DNA of 32,000 nucleotides from Nonlabens ponticola (GTDB lineage: Bacteria; Bacteroidota; Bacteroidia; Flavobacteriales; Flavobacteriaceae): NCBI RefSeq assembly GCF_003966335.1, contig NZ_CP034549.1, positions 1,680,001 through 1,712,000 of the forward strand, in the 5' to 3' direction. The translations under genes and the position numbers were made by a program. Below are positions 16,504 to 25,236 of this stretch, one piece after another (position 1 is the first letter of the stretch; each line of letters starts with the position of its first letter). The notes beneath the pieces are model-generated. The model had not been told where the DNA came from. It worked only from the letters and a program-made list of their open reading frames with translations, and made no database searches.

Positions 16504-18042
16504 TTATCCTAGCCAGCCATCACGGTCTAGACTTCTATATTGTATGGCCTCTGCGATATGTGTTCCTGTCACTGCGTCAGATTCTTCTAGATCTGCGATG
16601 GTTCTTGCAACTTTAAGTATTCGATCATAAGCTCTAGCGCTTAAATTTAAGCGTTCCATGGCATTTTTAAGCATGTCTTTACTAGCATCATCAAGTTTAC
16701 AGTGCTTACGTATTTCTTTGGTGCCCATTTGTGCATTGTAATGGGTCTTGTCGCTTTCTTTAAATCGTGCCGTTTGAATGTCTCTTGCAGCAGTCACGCG
16801 TTTTCGAATGACTGTCGATTTTTCTGCTGGTCGTTCCTCAGTGAGTTTTTCAAACGGTACTGGTGTTACCTCGATGTGAATGTCGATTCTATCCAATAGC
16901 GGCCCAGAAATTTTGCTCAGGTACCGCTGCATTTCGGCAGGGCTGCTTTGTACAGGTGCGTTCGGATCATTAAAATAGCCGCCTGGACTCGGGTTCATAC
17001 TGGCAACTAACATAAAACTTGATGGATAGGTGATCGTGAACTTAGCTCGTGAGATGGTTACTTCACGATCTTCTAGCGGTTGTCGCATGACTTCAAGCAC
17101 CGTACGTTTAAATTCAGGAAGTTCATCTAGAAACAAAACACCATTGTGACTTAACGATATCTCGCCAGGTTGCGGATAGGCGCCGCCGCCGACAAGTGCG
17201 ACGTCAGAAATTGTGTGGTGCGGACTTCTAAAGGGACGCTGTGCCATCAATCCAGACTTTTCCAGCGTTCTGCCAGCGACGCTATGGATTTTGGTGGTTT
17301 CTAGCGCTTCTTGCAAGGTCATTGGCGGTAGGATAGACGGCAAGCGCTTTGCCAGCATAGTTTTTCCTGCGCCTGGTGGCCCGATCAAGATGATGTTGTG
17401 GCCGCCTGCGGCGGCAATCTCCATACATCGTTTGATGGACTCTTGACCTTTCACATCAGCAAAATCAAATTCTGGATGTTCCAGTGCTTGAAAAAATTCA
17501 TCTCTAGTATCTACAATGGTTTCTTCTAGTGGCGCATCCTTATCAAAGAAGTTAATGACTTCAGAAATATTTTCGACACCGTACACAGCCAGATCATTGA
17601 CAATCGCTGCCTCGCGGGCATTTTGTTTAGGTAGAATAAATCCCTTAAATCCTTCTTCTCTCGCTTTTATGGCGATGGGCAATGCTCCTTTTATAGGTTG
17701 TAGTGTGCCATCCAGCGAGACCTCGCCCATGATGATGTACTTATCTAGATCACCAGCTTGTATCAATCCAGCCGAAACCATAATACCGATAGCAATAGGT
17801 AAGTCATAAGCGCTGCCTTCCTTGCGCAAATCTGCTGGTGATAGGTTTATTATGAGCTTCTTGCCAGGCATTTTATAGCCCACGTTTGACAATGCGGCAG
17901 CAATACGATAAGAACTCTCACTAATAGCTTTATCGGGTAATCCAACAAGGTGATAACCTATACCAGTCGCAGCATTAACCTCGACGGTGATTGTTTGCGC
18001 CTCAACGCCAAAAACAGCACTACCATAAACTTTAGTCAGCAT
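16504..18042 (-). CDS. comM: YifB/ComM family Mg-chelatase-like AAA+ ATPase
   Basis: 512 aa. N-terminal Lon-protease-like domain, Walker [18 protein letters not shown] (Walker B) and the C-terminal ChlI/Mg-chelatase subunit domain. Confidence 0.9.
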   Translation of the reverse strand: MLTKVYGSAVFGVEAQTITVEVNAATGIGYHLVGLPDKAISESSYRIAAALSNVGYKMPGKKLIINLSPADLRKEGSAYDLPIAIGIMVSAGLIQAGDLDKYIIMGEVSLDGTLQPIKGALPIAIKAREEGFKGFILPKQNAREAAIVNDLAVYGVENISEVINFFDKDAPLEETIVDTRDEFFQALEHPEFDFADVKGQESIKRCMEIAAAGGHNIILIGPPGAGKTMLAKRLPSILPPMTLQEALETTKIHSVAGRTLEKSGLMAQRPFRSPHHTISDVALVGGGAYPQPGEISLSHNGVLFLDELPEFKRTVLEVMRQPLEDREVTISRAKFTITYPSSFMLVASMNPSPGGYFNDPNAPVQSSPAEMQRYLSKISGPLLDRIDIHIEVTPVPFEKLTEERPAEKSTVIRKRVTAARDIQTARFKESDKTHYNAQMGTKEIRKHCKLDDASKDMLKNAMERLNLSARAYDRILKVARTIADLEESDAVTGTHIAEAIQYRSLDRDGWLG

Positions 18043-18156
18043 TGAAATACTTTAGATTCTGCAAAATATAATAATAGTACCCATATGAACAAACTTTAAT
18101 GGTAGCACGACTACTTCAATTTGTAGGTTTTAGCTTACGCAGTTGATGTTTTTTTC

Positions 18157-18164
18157 TATATTTG
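18157..18164 (+). promoter_or_regulatory. Bacteroidota -7 box (TAnnTTTG)
   Basis: TATATTTG, 63 nt upstream of the ATG at 18228. Confidence 0.35.
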
Positions 18165-18227
18165 TTTAGATAATTTGTTAAAACCGCCAATATTCTTAAA
18201 CGCCTACTACTCATACCACTATTTAAT

Positions 18228-18476
18228 ATGTTCCTATTTGCCATCTTCCAAGGGATCGTATTTTATTTGTGTGAATATGTGTTAGACCTACATGGTTTGG
18301 CATTAATTGTAGTTGCAGGGATTACGGGATTTCTACAATTTGTCTTGTGCATTATCATGACCGTGGTGGCAAATTACCGCGACATGTGGGCACAAATGAG
18401 ATTAGGTTGGTGTATATCCGGCTTTTTACTCCTCGCCGTTGGCTTTTCCTACTATAATTTCTTACTGGAATATTAA
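18228..18476 (+). CDS. Small hydrophobic membrane protein (three predicted TM segments), hypothetical
   Basis: 82-aa ORF dominated by hydrophobic stretches. There is no competing ORF on the other strand. Confidence 0.45.
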   Translation: MFLFAIFQGIVFYLCEYVLDLHGLALIVVAGITGFLQFVLCIIMTVVANYRDMWAQMRLGWCISGFLLLAVGFSYYNFLLEY

Positions 18477-18516
18477 ATCGTTTTTTGACTGGATGTTGAT
18501 GGGTTGGTAACTATTT

Positions 18517-18532
18517 TGCTTTCGCGAAAGCA
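18517..18532. repeat. Copy of the palindrome (TGCTTTCGCGAAAGCA), intergenic
   Basis: Read directly. Lies between the small membrane ORF and the nitroreductase gene, 22 nt before the ATG at 18555. Confidence 0.95.
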
Positions 18533-18554
18533 TAATCACGACTATCTTTAAAAC

Positions 18555-19127
18555 ATGAAAACACTACTGGACAGCATCAAGCAGCGTCGATCGATTTTTC
18601 CTGCATCATATACAGGAGAGCCCATCGCCATACGAGATCTCAATCAAATCCTAGAAGCAGGCCGCTGGGCACCTAATCATAAAAAGACAGAGCCATGGAG
18701 ATATGTTGTAATTACTGGTGATGCGAGAGTGCGATTGAGTGAATTTATGACCTCGCAAAAGGCGATATCAAAGGGTAAACCAAAAAGCTTCAAAATTAAA
18801 AGGCTCAAGGAAAAATTTAAAAAATCTACGGCTATCATTTTAATTTTTATGCATCGCGATCCCAAAGAGCGAATCCCTGAATGGGAAGAAATTGCTGCGG
18901 TATCGATGAGCGTGCAAAATATGTGGCTCACCGCTCATGATCTAGGTCACGGCTGTTATTGGAGCTCACCTAAAAAAGGTGTGGACATGTCTCAATTTGA
19001 TGGTGTACCAGCTACCCAGCATGATTCATTTCTAGGATTTTTATATCTAGGTAAGGTTGACGAGCAACCTAGCGATTTGCCAGACCGCAAGTCACTTGAT
19101 GAAGTAGTCACATTTCTAGAGTCCTAA
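18555..19127 (+). CDS. Nitroreductase family (FMN-dependent) protein
   Basis: 190 aa. RRSIFPASY...AGRWAPNHKKTEPWRY is the typical nitroreductase N-terminal signature. Confidence 0.8.
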   Translation: MKTLLDSIKQRRSIFPASYTGEPIAIRDLNQILEAGRWAPNHKKTEPWRYVVITGDARVRLSEFMTSQKAISKGKPKSFKIKRLKEKFKKSTAIILIFMHRDPKERIPEWEEIAAVSMSVQNMWLTAHDLGHGCYWSSPKKGVDMSQFDGVPATQHDSFLGFLYLGKVDEQPSDLPDRKSLDEVVTFLES

Positions 19128-19211
19128 GACTCATTTATTGGGCCTGATTTATAGTTTTAAAGGCTGATTTTCAAAACGTTAATTATTGACCGTCAATCGA
19201 TTGAATAATCG

Positions 19212-19219
19212 TATTTTTG
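19212..19219 (+). promoter_or_regulatory. Bacteroidota -7 box within TATTTTTGCAAAA
   Basis: TATTTTTG, 22 nt upstream of the TTG start at 19242. A TTG at 19187-19189 could serve as the -33 element. The palindrome TCAATCGATTGA (19193-19204) lies between them. Confidence 0.45.
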
Positions 19220-19241
19220 CAAAATAATTAAATGAAGTTAT

Positions 19242-21119
19242 TTGAAAAATTTTGAAGCCTTAGGGCTCTCACAACCGTTACTTGACGGTCTCGCTGAAAT
19301 GGGATTTGAAACCCCAACTGAGATTCAGCAACAGTCCATTCCCATTTTATTGCAACATGATGGAGACTTTATAGGTCTCGCGCAAACCGGTACGGGAAAA
19401 ACTGCTGCTTTTGGTTTACCCTTATTGGATCTTATAGATATTAATTCTCGTGATACGCAGGCATTAATCCTAGCGCCCACGAGAGAACTTGCTCAACAAA
19501 TTTGTGGGCAAATGGAGCAAATGTCCCAGAAGATGGGCAAGCTTAATGTGGTACCAGTTTTTGGTGGTGCTAGTATCATGAACCAGATACGTGACATACG
19601 TCGTGGCGCACAAATTGTGGTTGCCACGCCTGGTCGTCTCATGGATCTTATGAAGCGTAAGGAAGTCAAACTGGATTCCCTTAAATACATGGTCCTAGAT
19701 GAGGCCGACGAGATGCTCAACATGGGCTTCAAGGAAGATATTGACTTTATCCTTTCAAAAAGTGATACCGGTAGAAATATCTGGCTCTTTAGTGCTACCA
19801 TGGCACGTGAGATCAAGCGTATTGTTGATACTTACATGGTGCAGCCAGAAGAGGTGCGCATCAATAGAGAAAATATTGTAAACACAAATATTGAGCACCA
19901 GTCAGTACAGCTCAAGGCGTCTGATAAAATTGAAGCCTTGAGACGTTACCTTGACTATAATCAAGACATGTTCGGTGTGGTTTTTTGTCGCACAAAACGT
20001 GATACACAAAAAGTAGCAGACGAGCTTAATAATAATGGTTATGCAACTGAAGCCTTGCACGGCGACATGTCACAAGCGCAGCGTGATGCTGCGATGAAGA
20101 GATTCCGTAATAAGAATTTGAAGTTGCTTATTGCGACTGATGTTGCTGCTCGTGGTATCGATGTAGATGATATCACACACGTGATTCACTTTGCCTTGCC
20201 CGACGACCCAGAATTCTATACGCACCGCTCTGGTCGTACCGCACGTGCTGGTAAGAAAGGAGTATCACTTGCATTGATTACCAAAGGTGATAACCGAAAA
20301 CTCAAATACATCGCTAGCAAGCTAGGTATTGAATTTGCTAAAGGTGAGGTGCCTGCTCTAGATGCGATTACTGAAAAGCGCATCGCACGCTGGTCAGAAA
20401 ATTTAAAGAAGCAAGAAATCAATCCTAAGATTAGCGATGAGTTGATGAATGATGTGGTTGCTCAATTTGAGGAATTATCTAAGGAAGATCTCATTGCTAG
20501 ATTGCTTACTAAGGAATACAACAGTATTTACAAGCGCAATTCCATCAAGGATGTAAACGACAGGAGTAAAGCTCGTGACGACGATCGCGGTGGTCGCAGA
20601 GAGCGCGGCCGCAAGAATGATAGAGGTAAGGAAGAAGGAATGAAGACTTTCTTCGTCAATCTAGGTCGCAAGGACAACATCAATAAAGGAGCCTTGCTAG
20701 GTTATATTTGTGATGTTACTGGTATTTCAGGTAATGATGTAGGTCGTATCGTGCTTGACGGTGCTCATTCTTTTATGGATGTAAAAGAAGAGGTTGCTGG
20801 CCAGATGCTCAAACTCAATGGTACCAATAGAGATGGTCGTGAATTAAGAGTTGACGAACACCACGGTAAAGTAGTAGAGACTAGAGATAGAGGTGGCCGC
20901 AGTGGTGGTGGTTATAAAGGCAAGAGAGATTCTGGAGGTGGCTTTAAAGGTCGCAGATCAGACCGCGACGATTCATCATCAAGATCGGGTGGTTTTAAGG
21001 GCCGTAGTAGAAGTAATGATGATCGATCTTCTAGATCCTCATCTGATGGTGGATCTAAACCAAAAGGCGGCAAGAAGGGCTCAGGACGATCAAAGTTCTT
21101 CGGTAAGAAATGGGATTAG
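19242..21119 (+). CDS. deaD: DEAD-box ATP-dependent RNA helicase (DeaD/CsdA-like) with a DbpA-type RNA-binding domain and an Arg/Gly/Ser-rich tail
   Basis: Q-motif region FEALGL...PTEIQ, then AQTGTGKT, VLDEADEM, SAT and HRSGRTARAG. The C-terminus contains GGYKGKR/GGFKGRR/GGFKGRS repeats. The TTG start is the only in-frame start close to the conserved N-terminus. Confidence 0.9.
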   Translation: MKNFEALGLSQPLLDGLAEMGFETPTEIQQQSIPILLQHDGDFIGLAQTGTGKTAAFGLPLLDLIDINSRDTQALILAPTRELAQQICGQMEQMSQKMGKLNVVPVFGGASIMNQIRDIRRGAQIVVATPGRLMDLMKRKEVKLDSLKYMVLDEADEMLNMGFKEDIDFILSKSDTGRNIWLFSATMAREIKRIVDTYMVQPEEVRINRENIVNTNIEHQSVQLKASDKIEALRRYLDYNQDMFGVVFCRTKRDTQKVADELNNNGYATEALHGDMSQAQRDAAMKRFRNKNLKLLIATDVAARGIDVDDITHVIHFALPDDPEFYTHRSGRTARAGKKGVSLALITKGDNRKLKYIASKLGIEFAKGEVPALDAITEKRIARWSENLKKQEINPKISDELMNDVVAQFEELSKEDLIARLLTKEYNSIYKRNSIKDVNDRSKARDDDRGGRRERGRKNDRGKEEGMKTFFVNLGRKDNINKGALLGYICDVTGISGNDVGRIVLDGAHSFMDVKEEVAGQMLKLNGTNRDGRELRVDEHHGKVVETRDRGGRSGGGYKGKRDSGGGFKGRRSDRDDSSSRSGGFKGRSRSNDDRSSRSSSDGGSKPKGGKKGSGRSKFFGKKWD

Positions 21120-21137
21120 ACCTCATTGTTACTTGAA

Positions 21138-21169
21138 CAAAAAATCCTGCTCAATGAGCAGGATTTTTT
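21138..21169. terminator. Bidirectional rho-independent terminator between convergent genes
   Basis: AAAAAATCCTGCTCA-A-TGAGCAGGATTTTTT is a near-perfect palindrome with an A-run and a T-run. Confidence 0.8.
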
Positions 21170-21179
21170 GTTTGCTTAT

Positions 21180-22112
21180 TTACTTATCATAAACTAAGTA
21201 AACACCATAAAATCCTGATTTATCATCAAGGGCGCTGCCAGCTTCCTCTTCGAAATAGTAATAATATTTATTGGACATATCAAACTTCTTGCTTTTACCA
21301 TCTAGGGCTTTGTCAAACGTCTTGTATTTAATTTTCTTGCCTTTGTAATAAACGCTTGGATCAGGTGCATTTGCATAATACCCGATGCCACCTAAATAAT
21401 GCACCACTTTATTTGCTTTGAAAGTATGACCTTCATAAATCTCTTTATTCGTCAAAACATAATCTTCAGATTCAAAGCCATAACTTGTTTCTTCATGATT
21501 TACTGCATCTGAATATATTATTCTGAAAACGTTGTTTCCTTTGATCAGATCCTTAGGTATTTTAAGCTCAAAACTGCCATTTTTCGACGAATAGGTAGCG
21601 ATTATTTTCGCTTTAGTAGCTAGTAATATTTTTGCATTTTCAATAGGTTTACCAGTGTCGTTAGCTACGACAAGCCCTTTAAAATTAAAAACGCTAGCAT
21701 TAATAGGAATTGTAACTGTAGTTTCAATTACACCGAAGTTTGTTTTTCCTATGACCTCATTCTCCTCGTGAATACACATCTCGAGAGGTAAATTAGACTT
21801 TTTAGCTTCTATTGCGTGTGCGTTTGTTAAGGTCGATATTATTACAAGACCAGCAGCTACCTTTGAGTAATTGAACCATGGAGATTCGCCTTTTGGAAAA
21901 TCAATAAGGGTTGTCTTTAATTCATTTTGAGATAGTCGACCACAAAAGTTATTTTCTTGAGCTAATCGTTTTCTAAGTTCTGCATTACTAAGATGTGTTA
22001 GGTCGACTACGCTCTTAGAGCATTTAATACAAAATTTACCTTCTTGAGAAAAAGACATTGAATTCCAATCCTCGCTGCATTGATTTTCGAAATTTAAAAG
22101 ATGATCTCTCAT
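21180..22112 (-). CDS. Membrane-anchored protein with an N-terminal Cys-rich (zinc-finger-like) cytoplasmic segment and a carboxypeptidase-regulatory-like beta domain
   Basis: 310 aa. CSEDW...FCIKCSKSVVDLT...FCGRL Cys pattern, one TM segment (VAAGLVIISTL), then FKGLVVANDTGKPIENAKILL, typical of CarboxypepD_reg-like folds. Confidence 0.55.
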   Translation of the reverse strand: MRDHLLNFENQCSEDWNSMSFSQEGKFCIKCSKSVVDLTHLSNAELRKRLAQENNFCGRLSQNELKTTLIDFPKGESPWFNYSKVAAGLVIISTLTNAHAIEAKKSNLPLEMCIHEENEVIGKTNFGVIETTVTIPINASVFNFKGLVVANDTGKPIENAKILLATKAKIIATYSSKNGSFELKIPKDLIKGNNVFRIIYSDAVNHEETSYGFESEDYVLTNKEIYEGHTFKANKVVHYLGGIGYYANAPDPSVYYKGKKIKYKTFDKALDGKSKKFDMSNKYYYYFEEEAGSALDDKSGFYGVYLVYDK

Positions 22113-22164
22113 TTGAAATAGAATTTAAATGAAGATATGATAATTTTATTTTTCCATTGATGTG

Positions 22165-22197
22165 AAAAAAAATCCTGCTCAATCAGCAGGATTTTTT
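22165..22197 (-). terminator. Rho-independent terminator of the lipoprotein gene; near-copy of the 21138-21169 element
   Basis: AAAAAAAATCCTGCTCAATCAGCAGGATTTTTT. It differs from the 21138 element by one base in the loop/stem junction. Confidence 0.7.
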
Positions 22198-22218
22198 GTT
22201 GGTATCAAGTCGTATAAA

Positions 22219-23103
22219 TTAATCCTTGATGGTAAGCGTGGTGGCAACCTCAAGTGTCTTAGAAGATTTTGTATCCTTAACGCGTACACCTAGTCTCACT
22301 GGATTAGCAATCTCACCTTCAGATATGCTTAGTGTTACAGGAATAATACCATCTGATAGTTGACTTTCAGCAACCTCATTATCACCCATCTCGCTCAACA
22401 CGTTAGGATTAGCAATCATGATATTACCATTGGCATCAGTCATTTTCACGCTAATAGCTGGTAGTACGTTGCCATTATTTGCTGTGAAACCTTGAAGTCC
22501 ATTAAATAATAAAACGAGATTGCGACCATCCACAATTTGATCGCTTGTTACGGTTTGTTGCTTTCCTTGATTCCATAGATAAATGTGGTTGTAGCTCAAA
22601 CCATCTGTAGATATATTCAAGAATTCACTTTCCTTCACTTGAAACGGATATTCATAGGTAAACGTACCGTCACTTTTTTGATCCTTGATTTCTACAACAG
22701 CGGTCAGATCTTCTTCCATTGGATAAACTACATTGAATCTAGCTGATAATTCTAGCGGCTCAATATCAGTACCTTGCTCACCAGTTTCCAATAGATTATC
22801 GAAGAAATCTAACGTGTCCAATTTTTCATCTAGGATGGCAACGGACATTTCGGGAAATGCTTTTCCATTAGTCATTTCAAACCCTTTAATATCCTTGAAT
22901 TTAAAAACTGTTTTTTGACCGAATAGGAATTCTCCTTTATCAACGTTTTCTTGGTCAACACTTACCTCTATTTCTTCAACACTCAAGCCATTACCAGTCG
23001 CTACTGCACCAGAGTTGAGGTCCTTACTTATGGAGTTATTAAAATCACAAGATGTGATAAGTAAACAAACAACACTAATTATTAAAAACGAAGTCTTTTT
23101 CAT
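22219..23103 (-). CDS. Lipoprotein, hypothetical
   Basis: 294 aa. Lipobox-like signal MKKTSFLIISVVCLLITSC. No recognisable catalytic motifs. Confidence 0.6.
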   Translation of the reverse strand: MKKTSFLIISVVCLLITSCDFNNSISKDLNSGAVATGNGLSVEEIEVSVDQENVDKGEFLFGQKTVFKFKDIKGFEMTNGKAFPEMSVAILDEKLDTLDFFDNLLETGEQGTDIEPLELSARFNVVYPMEEDLTAVVEIKDQKSDGTFTYEYPFQVKESEFLNISTDGLSYNHIYLWNQGKQQTVTSDQIVDGRNLVLLFNGLQGFTANNGNVLPAISVKMTDANGNIMIANPNVLSEMGDNEVAESQLSDGIIPVTLSISEGEIANPVRLGVRVKDTKSSKTLEVATTLTIKD

Positions 23104-23135
23104 ACAAAAATTTAAGAAAGCGAATATAAGATCAA

Positions 23136-25112
23136 TTACTCGATGATCAATTTCAATGTGCGAACCATCTCACCTTGATTCAATCTCACCAAGTAGATAC
23201 CACTTGCAAGATTGGTGTTTATTTTAGCGTCACGATCAATTTGCGTGTAATAAGTCATTCTTCCCATAGCGTCATAAATGACTACCTCCATCGGCTGTTC
23301 TACATTAGAAATGAAAAATGAGCCTGGTGATGGATTAGGGTATATCGTGAGTTTTGTTAATTGATTACTCTCATTAGAAAGAGTAAAAGTCTCACCAGCT
23401 TGCTCACCCCAAATGAAATCTGCCAGCTCTGGATTGTCAATAAATGGATTGCGGTTGCGCTGCCATTCATAAATGACGTTGTTCCTGTTCATTTCAAAAT
23501 CATCTGGTGGATCCTGCTCATTCCATTCCAATAATACATCAAGATCACCCATGGCGCCCACGGTGCTGTTATCTGGATTGCCTCTTACCAGATCCACATT
23601 GTTATAGCGCAATGCCATATAAAACATCGCGCGAGCAACATCACCATGCCAGCTTCCTTGACTTCTTTCAGGGCCGTTGTATTCTGGGTAATCTTGATTA
23701 CCTCGGGAAGAATTTTCTGGACCATCTGTTGCTCTTAAGTGATGTGCATCGCTATTACCGTGACGCGTGCTATCTACACTGGTCTCGATCCACTCGTCAA
23801 TACCATCAGCTGTCTCATCAAAGTCTTCTAGACTAAAGAAATTACCACGAGATCTGCTATAAATGTGTTCTCGATTCCAGGTTCCTTGATTATTGCTGCC
23901 GGTTTGAAAATCAATATCACGTCGATCCTGCTCTGTGTACATCAACCACACCTTATTTGAATTTTCTGGGCTGGCGTCTGCATCCTTAAGGATGGTAGTT
24001 ACATCATCATAAGAGTGTATGCGTACTACACCAGTTTCTGCAATGAGATTAGTGATAGCCTGAGCGAGTTCATCACCAGACTTGCCTTCTAGATTGTCAT
24101 AATATCCATCTGGTTGTGTGCTTGACACTACACCATAGGTAGGATTGAGTGGTGTACCATAAGCGGCTACTACAAAGTCATTATCGATGACAGCTGTTTC
24201 CTCATTGTCTTTTAATCGCTTGTAACCTATAGGTAAAGAATTACCTAAGTTTACTCTCAAGAATTCATCGCCTTCATCTAGATCGTCGTCGATTAAGGAA
24301 TACGATAGAGTTTTGGTAGTTTCTCCTTCTTGAAAACTTACGCTGTTCGCGCCTGTATAATCTTGCGTATTAAATCCTCTATTGCTTAAAGAAAAACTAA
24401 TGGTAAAGTCCTGATCAGCCGGCTTTGTAAGATTAAAGATGATGTCAAAATCCTGTCCTTCATCAAGGCGACCTTCAGGATCGAGAGTAAAATCAATACC
24501 TATGTATGATGGCTCGTCGGTATCATTGAAAGAGTGCGGCGTCGGCGCCTTCGTCTCATAAGTGCCGTCTGCCTTGCGCTGTATGGACTCTGTCGTCTGG
24601 CGGCCATTTTCATCCTCGTCATATTGTACCTGTTCTCCTAATAGTGTTAATAATGCTTGACTGTCAGTATCATCAGTATCATAAACAAGTGCGCTGATTA
24701 AATTCTCTTGAGTGGCAAACGTTCTATCTGGAAAATCTGCCGTACTACCTCTATAAACAGCTACGGCATCAGCACCCAGTTGAATGTTAGATTCTGCTAG
24801 TCTGCGGTCTGGTGCTGGAACCACTTTTGAACTTCCTAGAACGACCAGGCCATTAAAATCTGTCACAAGGCCATCTAGATCTACCGCATAATAACTGCGA
24901 CCGTTTCCTGTGGTTGAGCTATTTGGATTTCCATTGAAGAATACCAGTACATAGTCGTCTAATTCCGTGAAGGGTTGTGGCGTCAACAACTCGACAAATT
25001 GCTTATCGTTGGTACTAGGTGTATCAGCATCTAGCTCGTTAATGACAACTTGTGAGTTAGCTTTCGCGAAAGCTAAAACACCAACAATTAATAACACATA
25101 AAAATTTCTCAT
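23136..25112 (-). CDS. Secreted endonuclease I family nuclease with an N-terminal lamin-tail-like domain and a T9SS C-terminal sorting domain
   Basis: Signal peptide MRNFYVLLIVGVLAFAKA/NSQ from the ATG at 25112. VVINELDAD...QFVELL is LTD-like. The endonuclease I core is NREHIYSRSRG, DAHHLRATDGPENSSRGN, GDVARAMFYMALRY and NRNPFIDNPE. The T9SS tail is LTIYPNPSPGSFF...GIYLVRLNQGEMVRTLKLIIE. Confidence 0.8.
   Translation of the reverse strand: MRNFYVLLIVGVLAFAKANSQVVINELDADTPSTNDKQFVELLTPQPFTELDDYVLVFFNGNPNSSTTGNGRSYYAVDLDGLVTDFNGLVVLGSSKVVPAPDRRLAESNIQLGADAVAVYRGSTADFPDRTFATQENLISALVYDTDDTDSQALLTLLGEQVQYDEDENGRQTTESIQRKADGTYETKAPTPHSFNDTDEPSYIGIDFTLDPEGRLDEGQDFDIIFNLTKPADQDFTISFSLSNRGFNTQDYTGANSVSFQEGETTKTLSYSLIDDDLDEGDEFLRVNLGNSLPIGYKRLKDNEETAVIDNDFVVAAYGTPLNPTYGVVSSTQPDGYYDNLEGKSGDELAQAITNLIAETGVVRIHSYDDVTTILKDADASPENSNKVWLMYTEQDRRDIDFQTGSNNQGTWNREHIYSRSRGNFFSLEDFDETADGIDEWIETSVDSTRHGNSDAHHLRATDGPENSSRGNQDYPEYNGPERSQGSWHGDVARAMFYMALRYNNVDLVRGNPDNSTVGAMGDLDVLLEWNEQDPPDDFEMNRNNVIYEWQRNRNPFIDNPELADFIWGEQAGETFTLSNESNQLTKLTIYPNPSPGSFFISNVEQPMEVVIYDAMGRMTYYTQIDRDAKINTNLASGIYLVRLNQGEMVRTLKLIIE
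25057..25076. repeat. Copy of the palindrome extended to 20 bp (TTAGCTTTCGCGAAAGCTAA) in the signal peptide of the secreted nuclease
   Basis: Read directly. Encodes VLAFAKA/NSQ on the minus strand. Confidence 0.95.
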
Positions 25113-25130
25113 GTAAGCCTTAATTTTTTG

Positions 25131-25138
25131 CAAAAATA
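25131..25138 (-). promoter_or_regulatory. Bacteroidota -7 box within TATTTTTGCAAAA (minus strand) for the nuclease gene
   Basis: The minus strand reads GGTATTTTTGCAAAAAATT. The G of the box lies 18 nt upstream of the ATG at 25112. Confidence 0.45.
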
Positions 25139-25225
25139 CCGCATTCCAGGGGCACTTCACAATATTAAATTGTTAAGTCTGCACCTGCTGCGTTCGTGCA
25201 TACAACGATAATGCCACAGGATGCG

Positions 25226-25233
25226 TAAGTTTG
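25226..25233 (+). promoter_or_regulatory. Bacteroidota -7 box (TAAGTTTG), 3 nt before the ATG at 25237
   Basis: TAAGTTTG followed by AGT then ATG. This favours ATG 25237 over the TTG at 25231 used in the track. Confidence 0.4.
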
Positions 25234-25236
25234 AGT

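Noticed and set aside
16400-17809. Plus-strand ORFs 16400..16630, 16425..16616, 16702..16899, 17213..17446 and 17516..17809
   Set aside because: They are antisense shadows of Hpt and comM.
19193-19204. 12-bp palindrome TCAATCGATTGA upstream of the DEAD-box helicase gene, as a possible operator
   Set aside because: It is a single short AT-rich palindrome containing a ClaI-type site, which is plausible by chance in 32 kb. I noted it in the promoter feature but it is not strong enough for a finding.
18677-20422. ORFs 18677..18931 (-), 19493..19816 (-), 19699..19881 (+), 20216..20422 (-) and 20893..21192 (+)
   Set aside because: They overlap the nitroreductase or DEAD-box helicase genes out of frame or antisense. 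20893..21192 is an alternative frame through the repetitive RGG-encoding region.
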